Assembly: GCA_044345405.1 (NCBI GenBank)
Contig: JBIJBE010000062.1
Coordinates: forward strand, 1-16,459
DNA: 16,459 nt
Source: Bdellovibrionota bacterium
Lineage (GTDB): Bacteria; Bdellovibrionota_C; UBA2361; OMII01
Direction of reading: 5' to 3'
Shown: piece by piece, positions 15,180 to 16,459 of the stretch
Position numbering within the stretch: the stretch's first letter is position 1
How the letters are laid out: every line of letters starts with the position of its first letter
Position numbers and translations under genes: made by a program
The notes under the pieces: model-generated
The model's input: the letters and a program-made list of their open reading frames with translations, nothing else
Database searches by the model: none
What the model was told of the DNA's origin: nothing

Positions 15180-16030
15180 CCCACCTCCTCGCCATCATCG
15201 CTATCGTTCTCTACATCGTTTCGAGCGGTCTGATGCTCGTACAGTTGTGGCGCTCGAAGGTTGGTGGTCGAGTGAGTAAAGCCGCGCGCGTGTTCTTCTT
15301 CGGCGCGCTGCTCGCGCACACCGCCACGATGGGGTTTGTGACGCAGGACCCGGACCTTATGCTCTTGGATAACGGCGGTGATTACTTCCTCTGGGTGTCC
15401 TGGGTACTGGCGGTTGTATTCGCGTTCTTTCAACGCCGACTCGATTATCCGATCGTTGGAGCCTTCATCGTGCCCGCGATAGTGCTCTTTATGGGGTGCT
15501 CCTCCTACCTTCTTCACAAGGATAGCGCCTCGGTTCTCGCTGAGGCCGTAGCGCAGAGCGAGAAAACTGGCGTGTTCCTCTCGTTCCTGCACGCGATTCC
15601 CGCATTAGTCGCCGTGGTAACGCTCGCGCTCGCGCTCGTTGTGAGTGTGGTGTTCCTGATCGTGGAGCGACGTCTAAAGCAACGAAAGACCGGGGTGCTC
15701 TCCATCTCGGGTCCTAACTTGCAACTCCTTGATAAGCTCAACAAACAGCTCACGCAGATCGGTTTTCTGGCCATCTCCTTCGTTGTTCTGAGTGGTGGAC
15801 TGTGGGCGGTGAGTGAGCGTAAGCCGATCTTCTCCGCGGATACCTCGGTTATCTCCGGTATCATCTTGTGGGTTCTCCTCGCGTGCATCTTGCACGTGCG
15901 GCTCGTTCTTCGGTGGTCACCGAAACAGGTCTCCCGTTTGACTGTGCTCGTGACAGCCTCCTATTTCATCACGGTCTTCCTTGTGCTGGCGCTCGCTGGA
16001 CAGGTTACTCACGCGGAGCTGTGGTCGTAG
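15176..16030 (+). CDS. Cytochrome c assembly family integral membrane protein (CcsA/HemX/YpjD-like)
   Basis: 284 aa with about 8 hydrophobic helices, LLAH, FLH, ERRLK...P.L..LDKL, GF....SG.LWA pattern. Sits directly upstream of hemA. The tryptophan-rich WWD motif is degenerate. Confidence 0.8.
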   Translation: MTHLLAIIAIVLYIVSSGLMLVQLWRSKVGGRVSKAARVFFFGALLAHTATMGFVTQDPDLMLLDNGGDYFLWVSWVLAVVFAFFQRRLDYPIVGAFIVPAIVLFMGCSSYLLHKDSASVLAEAVAQSEKTGVFLSFLHAIPALVAVVTLALALVVSVVFLIVERRLKQRKTGVLSISGPNLQLLDKLNKQLTQIGFLAISFVVLSGGLWAVSERKPIFSADTSVISGIILWVLLACILHVRLVLRWSPKQVSRLTVLVTASYFITVFLVLALAGQVTHAELWS

Positions 16031-16031
16031 T

Positions 16032-16459
16032 ATGGCACCTAACGCTCTCGCATTTTTGCATCGACCGAATGAGGCGTACGAGCCTCGCGTCGTGCTCACC
16101 GGCGTGAGCTATAAGACCTTGAACGTGGACGGGCGTGAACGGCTCGCTCGAGCTATTCCGGTACCTGAACTCCTGGCGGAGCGGGTCGTCCGAGAGGGGC
16201 TCGCGACTGAAGCCGCTGTTATCTCAACCTGTAATCGATTTGAGATAGTCTCCGTTGGTGGGGAAGGGGGAGGTATCCGACAGTTTTTTGAGTCGCTCCT
16301 CGGCTCCGCGACCAACCCAAGCGATGTGCTCTACCAATACTTAGATGATTCCGCGGTTCGTCACCTCTATCGAGTATCCTCTAGTTTGGACTCGATGATA
16401 CTTGGCGAAGCGCAGATCCTCGGGCAGGTGAAGAAGGCCTACCAACGGGCGATAGAGGT
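16032..16459 (+). CDS. hemA: Glutamyl-tRNA reductase, 5' part (runs off the window end)
   Basis: Manual translation from ATG 16032: MAPNALAF...VVLTGVSYKT...RERLA...VISTCNRFE...AVRHLYRVSSSLDSMILGEAQILGQVKKAY. Contains the catalytic STCNR and the SLDSM..GE.QILGQVK signature. Not in the ORF track because no stop falls inside the window. Confidence 0.96.
   Translation, partial: MAPNALAFLHRPNEAYEPRVVLTGVSYKTLNVDGRERLARAIPVPELLAERVVREGLATEAAVISTCNRFEIVSVGGEGGGIRQFFESLLGSATNPSDVLYQYLDDSAVRHLYRVSSSLDSMILGEAQILGQVKKAYQRAIE

Noticed and set aside
15104-16315. Minus-strand and alternative-frame ORFs over the ccsA-like gene and hemA
   Set aside because: They overlap well-supported plus-strand genes and show no recognisable motifs.

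Overview
GC-rich bacterial chromosomal window made mostly of housekeeping and transport genes, with no integrase, transposase, cas gene or rRNA. Left part (minus strand): HNH endonuclease, class II tRNA nucleotidyltransferase with HD domain, membrane-anchored hypothetical protein and HD phosphohydrolase. These are divergent from a tRNA-Ile(GAT)/tRNA-Ala(TGC) pair that has no rRNA genes around it. Next is a ~600-bp intergenic array of REP-like hairpins (3 x 33 bp, then 4 x 114 bp with A/B alternation), followed by a convergent RbsBAC-type sugar ABC transporter and a 903-aa modular secreted subtilase. Right part (plus strand): hemC-hemD, a second REP pair carrying a nested 30-nt insert, then serS-hemE-ccsA/hemX-like-hemA (hemA is truncated and missing from the ORF track). 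Most notable: (1) a REP-like family whose members keep one architecture (GGAG + 8-bp stem + 4-nt pyrimidine loop) across four different, fully compensated stems; (2) a nucleotidyltransferase with the loop deletion expected of a CC-adding enzyme; (3) the orphan Ile-Ala tRNA pair, each tRNA with its own candidate promoter. Nothing here proves a new system; the leads are hypotheses from reading the sequence by eye.
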